Shown here: in pieces, positions 1-9,900 of the stretch | How positions within the stretch are numbered: the first letter of the stretch is position 1 | Layout of the letters: every line of letters starts with the position of its first letter | The notes under the pieces: generated by a model | Seen by the model: only the letters and a program-made list of their open reading frames with translations | The model's database searches: none | What the model was told of the DNA's origin: nothing | DNA from: a virus | Virus record (IMG/VR): IMGVR_UViG_3300037851_000570 | Span: 1-64,000 of that record | Strand: one strand, 5' to 3' | Length of the DNA: 64,000 nt | Position numbers and translations under genes: made by a program

Positions 1-819
1 GTGAGCATGCGTGAACTCCTCGATGCCCTGGATGTCGGTCAGCTTGTGCTCGATCATGAAGCGCTTGGCGATCTTGGCCTCCTCGAGCTGGCTCGAGCCC
101 TCGTTGAAGAGCCGCTCGTACAACGCTCGTTCCTCGCGGCAGAGCTTGGTCAGCAAGTCGATGTTGTTCTTGCTGTCGCCCATCCTGGCGAAGTGCTGGA
201 TGCGGAACGAGAGTTGACGATGGGCATCTCGCAGGGCCATCTTGTGGTCGTACTTGGGATTTAGGCCTGCTCGGAAGAGCGCCTGCTGTGCTCCGCACTT
301 GAGTGAGGCGATCAGGTCATCGGCGTTCTCCCAGGTGGCGATCGCACGAATCCACTCGGTCGTGCTCCACGCCATGGGATTCCAGAAGTAGTGCCGGTAG
401 TACTCGATCATCTCGGTGGTCAGGCCGGGGTTGATGCGGAACCGCTTGCTGACCAGCTCGGCGATCCTCTGGTTCGGAACGTCACCCATCAGCAAGATGT
501 TGACGATCTCGGAGATGGGCTTGGCGGGAAGAAGGCCGCTGTAGATCCTGGTGAGATGCTCGTTGGGCTCCCACATATCCGCGATCTTCTCGGCCTTCAT
601 GAAGTCCTTGGTGGACTGGTCCTTGTGATTCGAGAACCGGAACCCCTCGGGGGGCGAGAAGTTGTCTCGGATCTTGTTGAACACCTTCTCGGTCAGTGGA
701 GGTAGGCCCCACTCGTAGAGGATGTCGCCCACCCACTCCCAGGTGACCTGACGCTCTTCATCCTTCCAAGCCTCTGCCAGAAGGAACTTGATGTATCGGC
801 CTGATGGGTGAAAGCACAT
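1..819 (-). CDS. hypothetical protein, 3' end runs off the left window edge (273 codons visible)
   Basis: Absent from the supplied ORF track because it is open-ended. Read by eye on the minus strand: ATG at 819-817, 4 nt after the TGA (825-823) of the upstream 666-aa gene. None of the 273 in-frame triplets down to position 1 is a stop. The translation MCFHPSGRYIKFLLAEAWKDEERQVTWEWVGDILYEWGLPPLTEKVFNKIRDNF... has ordinary protein composition, whereas plus-strand ORFs 1..264 and 391..705 look like antisense artefacts. No family recognised. Confidence 0.6.
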   Translation of the reverse strand, partial: MCFHPSGRYIKFLLAEAWKDEERQVTWEWVGDILYEWGLPPLTEKVFNKIRDNFSPPEGFRFSNHKDQSTKDFMKAEKIADMWEPNEHLTRIYSGLLPAKPISEIVNILLMGDVPNQRIAELVSKRFRINPGLTTEMIEYYRHYFWNPMAWSTTEWIRAIATWENADDLIASLKCGAQQALFRAGLNPKYDHKMALRDAHRQLSFRIQHFARMGDSKNNIDLLTKLCREERALYERLFNEGSSQLEEAKIAKRFMIEHKLTDIQGIEEFTHAH

Positions 820-822
820 GGC

Positions 823-2823
823 TCAGTTCCCCGGCGCCGAATCGCGCTGCTGGAGGGAGCGCAAGCCTCGCAACACGTCTTCCATGGCGACAAGCATGCG
901 CTCGACCGCCACCTCAGGGACCTCCTTGAGGCCGATGCGTACCGCAACCAGCATCTCGGCCAGCTTCGAGGATGCTGACTCCAACGAAGGCAGCAGGTCG
1001 ACGAACGTCGAGACATTCTCGGCGTTGAGGAAGCCAAGGCCCAAGATCTTGTCGGCTGTCAGCGCGTCATCGAGCACCGCGGCTTCCTTGGCCAGGAAGT
1101 AGTTGTGGATCGGTGGGTCGAGCTCGGCGAGCTCCTGGGCGATCTTGACTCGGATGCCTGCCATCTTCTCCGGCACACTGCCCAGCTCCCTCAGGTTTCC
1201 CACCTGGACGAGCTCGCCTTTCTGAGCTCGGGCCAGAGCCTGCTTGCAGAAGCCGGGCTCCATTCCGAGCGCCACCCCCAGGAACATTGCCTTGTCGTGA
1301 TCGATGAACTTGGTGTTGGCCTCTGCGACCTTGGCGATTGCCGGACCACGGAAGCTAAAGACGCCGGAGCGGTCCCCAACGATGCCGACGCGAGCTGTCT
1401 GCTTGGAGCCGAGCTTCGAGAACATAGCCGGCTCGCTGACGAGCTCCGCCTTGCCTCGCAACGGCATCCAGTTGAAGGTTGTCGGCACTACATACTCGTT
1501 CTCCCCGATCTTGACCGGGACCTTGAGGCCCTCACCGAACGAGAAGGTAACGGGCTGACCGAGGTCGTCCTGCCCCTGGTAACGCAGCCCGGCCGGCGTG
1601 CGGAGCGTGCTCTGAACGTTCATGGGCACGAACGCCTTCGCGGTACCATGGTCGATGTAGTACAGCGTCCCGTACCCCTGCGGCACTCCTTTGGGTAGGT
1701 CGGTGGACTTGCCGGCCGGCATGCCAGCAATGTGCTCCTGCACGCAGTGCTGCGAGCCGTTGTTGAACAACGACAGGGGGAGGGGCTGGAGGTCCATACT
1801 GAGCAGCTGTGGGAACACCCAACCGATCATGCTGTTGCCTGTCGAGTCCTGAACCTTCCAGAGCCCGAAGGAATCGGCGACCTTGATCTCCTCGAGCTCC
1901 ATCGTCTCTTTGATGGCGGCGTCGGGGCTCACCGTGATGGTGCCGTCCGCCTCGAGCTGTTGAATCATGTCGGCGTCGCCAGCGAGGTCCTGCGCGACCG
2001 CCATCGGGACCTCTTCCTGTTGCGGGGAAAAGAACTCGCCGTTGGCCCACTTGACCAGCACCCGGTCACTGCCGAGCTTGGTGAGCTGAACGACCGTCGG
2101 CTTGATCTTCTCGGTCACCACCTGTGCGGTCTTCTGAAGGTCCGTCGCCGTCAGGCCCAGCGCCGAACGGAATGCTGCGATCACGCCGGGGTCGGCGTTG
2201 ACGACCGCGGTCTTGAGAGATTCGTCCTGCATGGCGGTCTTGAGGCGCTCGACATGCTCCGGATTGACCTGGCCGTGCAGCATGGGCAGCAGCGGAAGCT
2301 TCTCGATCTCGGCCGACCCCAGCTTGGTGCCGCCACCTCCAAAGCCTCCGTACCCGGCGCGAAGCGGTGGCTGGAGCTCGTTGATGAGCGACGGGTCGAA
2401 AGGCCGCATGCGGGCCACATCGAACGGCTCGGGGCGGAACAGGGCCTCTCGCAGGCGAGCTTCGGTCAGGTGGTGGTACTTCTTTCCACTGAGGAAAATG
2501 TCGAACGGAGAGAGCATCTGCTCCTTGATGATGATCGGGATGTGGGCGACCCCAAGCCCTGATTCCTTGCGCTCCTCGACCGTCATGGCCGACTTGGGGC
2601 GTACCTCGATGGACCCGAAGGCGTAGCCACGCTCCTCGTCGATCTTGTCCAGCACGACCGAGGGTGTGAACTCGCTGAGGCAGGGGCACTGCTTGTAGGC
2701 AGCCTGCATGATCTCCTGCTGCCAGTTGTCCACGTTGTCGCTCATGCGTGTCATCATGCCGGCCAGCTTTTCTTCGCCGCCGAACGTCATGGGCTTGTCG
2801 AGAAAGAGAGGTTGGGTATCCAT
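823..2823 (-). CDS. hypothetical virion-module protein (666 aa)
   Basis: Long ORF on the same strand, starting 9 nt downstream of the spike gene, with high third-position GC. No NTPase motifs. Contains a Gly run (AGYGGFGGGGTKLG). No family recognised by eye, so the structural/ejection role is inferred from position only. Confidence 0.75.
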   Translation of the reverse strand: MDTQPLFLDKPMTFGGEEKLAGMMTRMSDNVDNWQQEIMQAAYKQCPCLSEFTPSVVLDKIDEERGYAFGSIEVRPKSAMTVEERKESGLGVAHIPIIIKEQMLSPFDIFLSGKKYHHLTEARLREALFRPEPFDVARMRPFDPSLINELQPPLRAGYGGFGGGGTKLGSAEIEKLPLLPMLHGQVNPEHVERLKTAMQDESLKTAVVNADPGVIAAFRSALGLTATDLQKTAQVVTEKIKPTVVQLTKLGSDRVLVKWANGEFFSPQQEEVPMAVAQDLAGDADMIQQLEADGTITVSPDAAIKETMELEEIKVADSFGLWKVQDSTGNSMIGWVFPQLLSMDLQPLPLSLFNNGSQHCVQEHIAGMPAGKSTDLPKGVPQGYGTLYYIDHGTAKAFVPMNVQSTLRTPAGLRYQGQDDLGQPVTFSFGEGLKVPVKIGENEYVVPTTFNWMPLRGKAELVSEPAMFSKLGSKQTARVGIVGDRSGVFSFRGPAIAKVAEANTKFIDHDKAMFLGVALGMEPGFCKQALARAQKGELVQVGNLRELGSVPEKMAGIRVKIAQELAELDPPIHNYFLAKEAAVLDDALTADKILGLGFLNAENVSTFVDLLPSLESASSKLAEMLVAVRIGLKEVPEVAVERMLVAMEDVLRGLRSLQQRDSAPGN

Positions 2824-2832
2824 AGAGGTCTC

Positions 2833-3972
2833 CTACATCGTTTTCACTACTTGGGAAACGCATGTCGCGAGAACAGGCTTCATGACCGCGCCCGGTGCAA
2901 AGACTGCTGGGCTTCCAGGGGCCGCGCAGATGATCGAGGCCGATAGAGCGTCGCACAGACCTTCCAACCAGGTCTTGAGCTCTGTCCCCATCACACCCTG
3001 AGAAGCGGCCCCGGCGCCACCCAGCTTGATCGAGGGGGCGTCGATGACATGACCCGTTGACTTCTCGATGATGCTGGCGCCGGCTTCGACGTTGACGTCT
3101 TCAGTCTCGGACTTGAGCGACATGGCCTTGTTGGAGGTCGCCGAGAGCGTTCCAGCTGTAGCCACGACTTCGATGTTGCCTTCCGTAGACTCCACCATGA
3201 TGTTCTTCTTGGCTGTCAGGTTCCAGTCCTTCTCCAGAGACCAAGAAACTGTGCCCTCATTGTCACAGAGCAGGGAGATCATCAGCTTTCTCGAGTCATC
3301 AGCCCCCTGGTCGTACAGGTTGAGCAACAGTGTAGCCGTATCGTTGGGTCCGTGGGAACCGATCGTCAGCTCGGCGAGGTGAAGCTGGTTGTTGGCCTTC
3401 TCCTTGACCTTCAACGAGAACTTGGTCGGCGCTGCTCCATCGATCGTCTGATCGGTACGGTCCGTAATCCAGGTGAGCTCTCCACCTAGAGTGAAGAGCT
3501 CGTAGTTCTCGCAGAAGTCCTTGATGAAGTTGCGGATTGGAATGAACATCCGCTGGGTCATGGGGTTCGCGCCAAGCTGTACGACCCCGCCGCGGCGCAG
3601 GATGACGAAGTTCTCGTCTCTAGTCCTCATCATGATGTCGCCAGGGTTCAAAGTCTGGCGGCCGTTCCGGTAGGTGGCAGTGTCCTCATCGAACGGCGCC
3701 TGGAACCCCAATACAAACGGCGCGGCGAATCTACCCTGGGTCGGTCGGCAGACCCACACCAGACACCCTGGCTCCGGCTGAACGTAGATGCCTTCCCCGT
3801 TCATAAAGTGGAAGTACGGGCTCATCACCTGGATGTCGAAGTACCGCTTGTTGCCGTACTCCGAGATGACGTCGACCGTCCAGTCGTTCACATTGACGTT
3901 GATGATCCGGCCCGTGTCGATCGACGCCGGCACCCACTCGCCCTCTGCGTGTGATCTCTTCCGTGGGTTCAT
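2833..3972 (-). CDS. central tail spike / baseplate hub protein (gpV / gp5 / VgrG-like)
   Basis: 379-aa ORF. The N-terminal OB-fold-like signature is typical of phage spikes (GRIINVNVNDWTVDVISEYGNKRYFDIQVMSPYFHFMNGEGIYVQPEPGCLVWVCRP...PFVLGF). It is followed by a beta-helix-like run of short strands (NIMVESTEGNIEVVATAGTLSATSNKAMSLKSETEDVNVEAGASIIEKSTGHVIDAPSIKLGG). Its ATG (3972-3970) overlaps the RNAP stop (3974-3972) as ATGA. Confidence 0.55.
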   Translation of the reverse strand: MNPRKRSHAEGEWVPASIDTGRIINVNVNDWTVDVISEYGNKRYFDIQVMSPYFHFMNGEGIYVQPEPGCLVWVCRPTQGRFAAPFVLGFQAPFDEDTATYRNGRQTLNPGDIMMRTRDENFVILRRGGVVQLGANPMTQRMFIPIRNFIKDFCENYELFTLGGELTWITDRTDQTIDGAAPTKFSLKVKEKANNQLHLAELTIGSHGPNDTATLLLNLYDQGADDSRKLMISLLCDNEGTVSWSLEKDWNLTAKKNIMVESTEGNIEVVATAGTLSATSNKAMSLKSETEDVNVEAGASIIEKSTGHVIDAPSIKLGGAGAASQGVMGTELKTWLEGLCDALSASIICAAPGSPAVFAPGAVMKPVLATCVSQVVKTM

Positions 3973-6900
3973 CAGTACATCCAGGGCTCTTCTTCCGTAC
4001 CCTTACCAAATTCCTTGGCATAAGCCATCCCAGGAATAGGGTGCGTGCTGTGGAGAGCAGACCGCCACCCCTCAGCAGCAGCATCTAGTACCGTGGCCTT
4101 GAGGTCACGGCTCTGCATACGGGCCAGCCAGTCGGTCTGCATCTCGAGGGGCAGCATGTTGACACCCTGAAGGACATGCTTAACCTGGACCGGCTTCTTC
4201 TTGCCGTGGACAGCAGTGTTGAACGCATGAACCTCGGATGTTGGAATACGGTCCCCAGGAAGCAGAGCCGGGTGGTCCCCTGCATCCAAGACCTCCGAGA
4301 GATTGGTCATGGCCCGAACGAACGTCTCGATGTTGCGCTTCCGAACCGGCCCCTCATTCTTGTAGACATTCCAGATCTCGTCGGTGAGGAACCGCTGGAC
4401 CGTCGGCATGTTGGTGTACTTCAACAGATCAAGGGGGTTCTTGGTGCCGGTAGAGATCGAGTCTCCCGCCTTCACCGAGCCGCCCTTCTTGACAGTGAGC
4501 TCCCGCCCTGCCGGGACGTAGTGGCGCTGACCAGCCACATAGATACTCCAACCACCAGCTGGGTCCTTCTCGACCTTCTCGATCTTGCCGTCGACTGAAG
4601 CCAGAGTCGCGGCTCCAGGTAGTTTCTTCGGAACATTGAGAAGCTGCTCGAGCCGGCGGAACATGCTGGTCGCGCTCGTGCCCTTGGCTCCGACGACACC
4701 TCCAGTATGAAAAGCGTTCATCGCCAACTGGGTGGCGGGTTCACCGAGTGCCTGCGCGGCTATCACTCCGACGTTCGTTCCCTCCTGGAACAGATTGCCG
4801 TTCTCCGACAGACCGTAGCACTTCGCGCACATACCCTTGCCATGCTGACAACGGAGCGGGCTACGGACCGGGACCTCTTTGACCTTGTTGTTCTTCAGTC
4901 GACTCAGGAGGTCGGGCGTGACCAACGTACCGGCCGGGATGGGCTCTTTCTTGTCCGAGAGCTTGATGTCTGAGGCGGTGTAGCGGTCCAAAACATCTCG
5001 GTCGTCGACCGGCATCGAGACACCCTTCTTGGTCCCGCAGTCCTCCCCTACGATCAGCTGGTTCATTGTAGTCTGGACTAGCTGCTTCGACATCTTGCCG
5101 GGAGCCTGGGTGCCCTGAACCCGACCGATAGTTCCCATCCGAGCCCCATGCATCGACGCCCAGTACGATCCGATGTCGAGACCTTCCGAGTAGGATTTGC
5201 CAATAGGGATCGGGACGGGCTTGCCATAGGAGTCGGCCACAAGCAGAGGTGCTACCGTCATCTGCTTGAACTGGTCCCAACTGCCACGAGCCCCCGACTT
5301 GATCCAGTCGTACATCCGGTTCCCGGAGGTCTCGGCTCGAGCCTTGGCGAGCTGGTCGATCTTCTGGCCGGCGTTGACGTAGAGCTCGACGATCTTCTCG
5401 TTCCTCTTGTTGGGCTCTTTGATGCGCTCTCGAATGTGCACCTCTTCCCTGGCCGCGGCCTGAAGAATTGGATCTCGAGACTGATGGTCAGACTCGAAGT
5501 CCTTGAGGCTGATCGACAACCCAGTCGCGTACTCGTTGCCCAAGTCCTTGAGCTTGTCCGAGACCTTCCCGAAGTCCCCCGGCGTTTTGACCGCCACTTC
5601 GGTCAACAAACCCTTGAGGGCCTTGTCGTTGAGCTGGTAGGTCGGGTCGTACAGCAGTCGATTGTCCCGTAGGTCTGGTGGGAGTGCCCGATAGACCATC
5701 AACCTGCCAACCGTGGTCTTGACCGGTGCCGATAGCTTCTCTAGGTCCTGCTCGATACGGTCCAAGGACACCAGGTCAGTCATATTGATCTGGCCGTCCT
5801 TGACAGCTCGCGCAGCCTCCGCCGGCGATGCATACCGCTTGCCAGTGCGTCGCCCTATCTCCGTCATCTTGAACAGCCCCATGGTGGACTCGTGCTTCGG
5901 CTTGAACATCAGGAAGCCGGTACTCGGGCTGAACAGATTGTTGGACGGCATCATCTTGAAGGCCTCTTTGACGGCCTTGGCACTGACTGGAACGAATGCC
6001 GACATCTTGTCGCCGTCGAAGTCAGCGTTGTACCCGATAGTAGCGAGCGGATGGATCTTGACGGCCTTCCCTTCCATGATACGAGGCTTGAACGCCTGCA
6101 CTCCGAACTTGTGGAGCACGGGGTCCCGCTTCAGCATGATCGGCCGTTCTGCAAGCTCAGCTTCAAGAACATCTCTTACGAGCGGATGGTTCTCCCGAAT
6201 CATGACTTGGGCGTCGAGAGGGTTGGTACCCTGCCGGACCATACGCTGGACGACAAAGGGCTTGTAGAGCTCGAGCGCTGCCTTCCGCGGAATCCCTACC
6301 TCGTCGAGGCTCATCGACGGCTCCGGGATGATGACCCCGCGCATCGACAAGTCCTGGCGCTTACCGATGATCTTGTCTTGGAAGAACCCCTCCTTCGGCT
6401 GCTGTCCTTTTCGTCCAGCGATCATCTCGGCGATGGCGTTACGATGACGGCCTTGGTACATCGTGCCTGTCAGATGCAACGCCTTGACGGCGTCATAGAG
6501 CGCAGAGTGCAGGCCTACCTTCTCCTCTTCCGGCATCGCGGGGTCGATGTCCTTGAGCTTCTTGCTGACGACACCTACGTGGTTGTACATACGGTTGATG
6601 TCGTCGTAGTTGATGTCGCCGTTGGGCAGCACCGTGACTGGACGAAAGACAGGGGGAAGCACCGGCACATGCCGCATCGTGTAGGCCTCGGTCGGCTTCA
6701 GGTCAGTGCGCTCCAGAGCCCGTAGGTACTTGAGCTGTTTGTAGGCCTTGTCGAGTTTGCTGGTTCGGAGTGACGGGATCTTGGACTCCAACTCCTTCTT
6801 CATCCCCTTGGTGTCGAGCTTCTGAAGGGCGTGAACGATCGCTGTAGGCCCGGTCTTCCCGTCGAGCTCCTTCTGGCCGGACATGATGCTGCTGTAGGTA

Positions 6901-9900
6901 TTCCTCGTCAGCCCCAACAGCGCCATGACCGAACCTTCGAACGCCGGATTGGGGATGCGATCAGGCAATGTGATGTGCGCCCACTTGTGGCCCATCTGCC
7001 CGCCCTTTTCACTCCAGACAGTCCCCGTGATCTTAGGGTCGAAGATACCGCCCGGCTCCGGTCGCGCGTCTTTGGCCCGCAGAGTGCGCCCGGCGTCCAC
7101 AATCTCGCCGTTGCTCATCTCGAGGGTCTTCTTGTCGGTGAGCGGCTGGAGGATGAGGTCGTTGCCCTCCTTCTTGACGTCGATCCCCATACCCTTCAAG
7201 TAGCCCTCGAACTTCTTGAACACGAATGGGATCTTGGGGGTCGGGACCGAGTCTCCTGACTGGATCTGAGTCCAGAACTCGTCGTTCATGTCCGCTTTGT
7301 AGGACTGCATCTCCCGGATGTTCTCTCGGGCGTTGTGGGCCAGCATGGCGTACAGACCCATCGCGTCCATAGTCTGCGCGCCGTGCGGACCACCCCCGCG
7401 AGGCTGCATGTTGGAGTCGTAGGCGTCTCGAGACCGAGTCTGCAAACCTTTCTCGGCCATGTGGTGAAGCTTGAGGATGTACTGGGGGCCGGTCAGCACT
7501 TCGCCCAGCGACCGCTTGGTCTGCGGGTCAAACAGCTCCTCGGTGTCGCTGAGCCCGTGCTTCTTGAGCTCCGCCTGCAGGTTACGGGTGTAGTCGGTAT
7601 TCTTTGGGTCGAAGTTGTTGACGATGTATGGCTTACCGGTCTTCTCAGCAATACGGCCGGCGGCAGTCTCAAGGGCCTGGCCCAGATTGATACGGGTTGG
7701 GATGCCGGCTGGGTTGAGGATGACCTCAACGGCCTTCCCGTCTTTGGTCTGCGGCATCTGGTTGTCGGGCAGCACCTGGGTGATGACGCCCTTGTTGCCG
7801 TGGCGCCCCACAATCTTGTCACCCACGTCGGCCGAAGATGTGGCCTTCACATAGACGGTGACGTCCTTACCGTGCTTGACGACCCGGGAGACCACCCCAG
7901 GTCCGTCCTTGTCCCATCGGATCTCTCGGGGGCGTACGGGCTTGATGAGCTTCTTGGAGAAGAGACCGAGCTGCTGTTGCTCAGGAGTGACCTGCTCGGT
8001 CTTAAGCACACCGATCAAAATATCGTCTTTGTTGACGACCTGCCCTGGCTTCACGATGGCGTCGTCGTCTAGCTTGGCGGCCTGCTCCTTGGTGACCTGA
8101 CCGGCGGTGTGGGCAATGAACTTCTGCTTGTTGAGGATGGTGTCGGCCTCGACCCGCACCTTCTCACGGAGCATGTGCTCAGACGTCAGCTTCTGGGCTG
8201 CCGACTCCGAGATCACGATGCCGTCCTCGAAGTTGTAGCCACGATAGGGCATGTAGGCGACCCGCAGGTTCGACCCCAGTGCCAGTGTCCCGCCCTTCGT
8301 GAAGTTGGTGTCGGCCACTACTTGACCGGGGTGCACCAGGTCGCCTGCTTGTACCAGTGGATTGGAGTTGAGCACGCTCTTTGGGTCGTTCAACGGGAAG
8401 TCATCGTAGAGCTGGACCTCGTGGCGGTTGCCCTTTTTGTCCCGGATGATGATTCCGTCTCGACTCACCTTTTCGACTTTGCCGTCGACCCTCGAGACAT
8501 GACTGCTGAACTCCCCGATGGCCTGCTCGAACGTCTTGTTGGTGTCGCTCTTTACTTGCACCAGCGGCTTCTCACGGTTGACCAGTGCCACCGACTGCTC
8601 GAGCTGCCTGGAGGCCACCATCGTTCGATTACCCTGGTCGTTCTGGATGAACGGAATCAGGTTGGACGACAGGTCCAGCATGCCTTTGGGTGACGTCAGG
8701 ATATAGTCGACATCCTTCGACGAGATGGCGGTGATGACGCCTTCCGGGTCCGAGACCTTGACGGTGCGGCCCGTCGGCTTGGGCTTTCCGCCCTCCCAGT
8801 CATACTGGTCCGGGAACGCCAGGTTGGATTTCAGAGCCGTGCCGGGGTCAAGCATCACTCGCTTGCCGGTCTTGGCATTGATGACGGGAACCCGAAGCTC
8901 ATTGCCGACCTTCTTGACGGCTGAGGCCAGCTGCAACGTAACGCCAATACGCTCGCTCTCGGGCGTCTGGATCGGATCGAGGAACCCCATGTGGCTGGGG
9001 TTGATGGACTGCGCCTCCAACGACACCTGATGGGCCGACGTAATGCCACCCTCACCGGGAGCCATCAGAGTAGTGCGTCGGTTGCCTGACAGGAAGCTGA
9101 CCGGATTCATCTGGTCGGGCCGCTCAGCAAGAACCGAGCTGACAAAGAAGTTCTTGATGGGGCGACCGAAGATGTCGGGACTCAGAATGTTGCGCACCCG
9201 GTTGTGTTTGTCGAGCGTGTTCGTGATCTTGCGGTGCACGTCCTTCTGGGTCTTCCACTTTTGCAGCCGCTCGTTGATGAGGTCCTCGGCCGAGAAGAGA
9301 TCCTTGAACTGCAGAGAGTCCCGGTCGTCTGGAACGTCCTCTTGCCGTGCTACTCGTAGGATCTTGGACGACCCAGCCAGCAAGGCCTCGCCAGTTACCT
9401 TGTCGTAGGGCTTGCCCAACGTCAGTTGTGTGGAGTCAGGACGGAGCGCCGTCTTGTCGAGCTCGGTCAGCAGGAACTTCTTGGCGGCGTCCAGATTCTC
9501 GGGGAGCTCGTCCTTGAGCGACTTGTAGAAATCCTTGACGGCTTTCTCCTCGTTGACCTTCTTGTTGGCCGACAAGATCTCCTTGCCCCAGTTCTTCTCG
9601 ATGGTGTCGTCGTCGACTCCTAGCACTTTGAGGATTGGATAGACCGGAATCTTGGTGCCTTGGTCGGAGTGCCGAATGATCATCTTCTTCGACGCTGGGT
9701 CGAAGTTCATCTCGAAGCCGGCCCCCTTGGCGAGGTTCCACTGCGACGAGAGCTCACCGTTACCCTTCACACGAGTGTAGACCCCCGACTTCATACGAAA
9801 CAAGTTGTTGACCTGCCACTCGTTGCCGTTGACGATGTAGCTGTACCGACGGGTGATCTTGGGTAGCTGCGCGACGTTCATAACCTGGCGGTCCAACACC

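Noticed and set aside
2066-2956. 296-aa minus-strand ORF overlapping the 666-aa gene and the spike gene in another frame
   Set aside because: The composition is R/G/P/H-rich, and it spans the boundary of two well-supported genes. It is an alternative-frame artefact.
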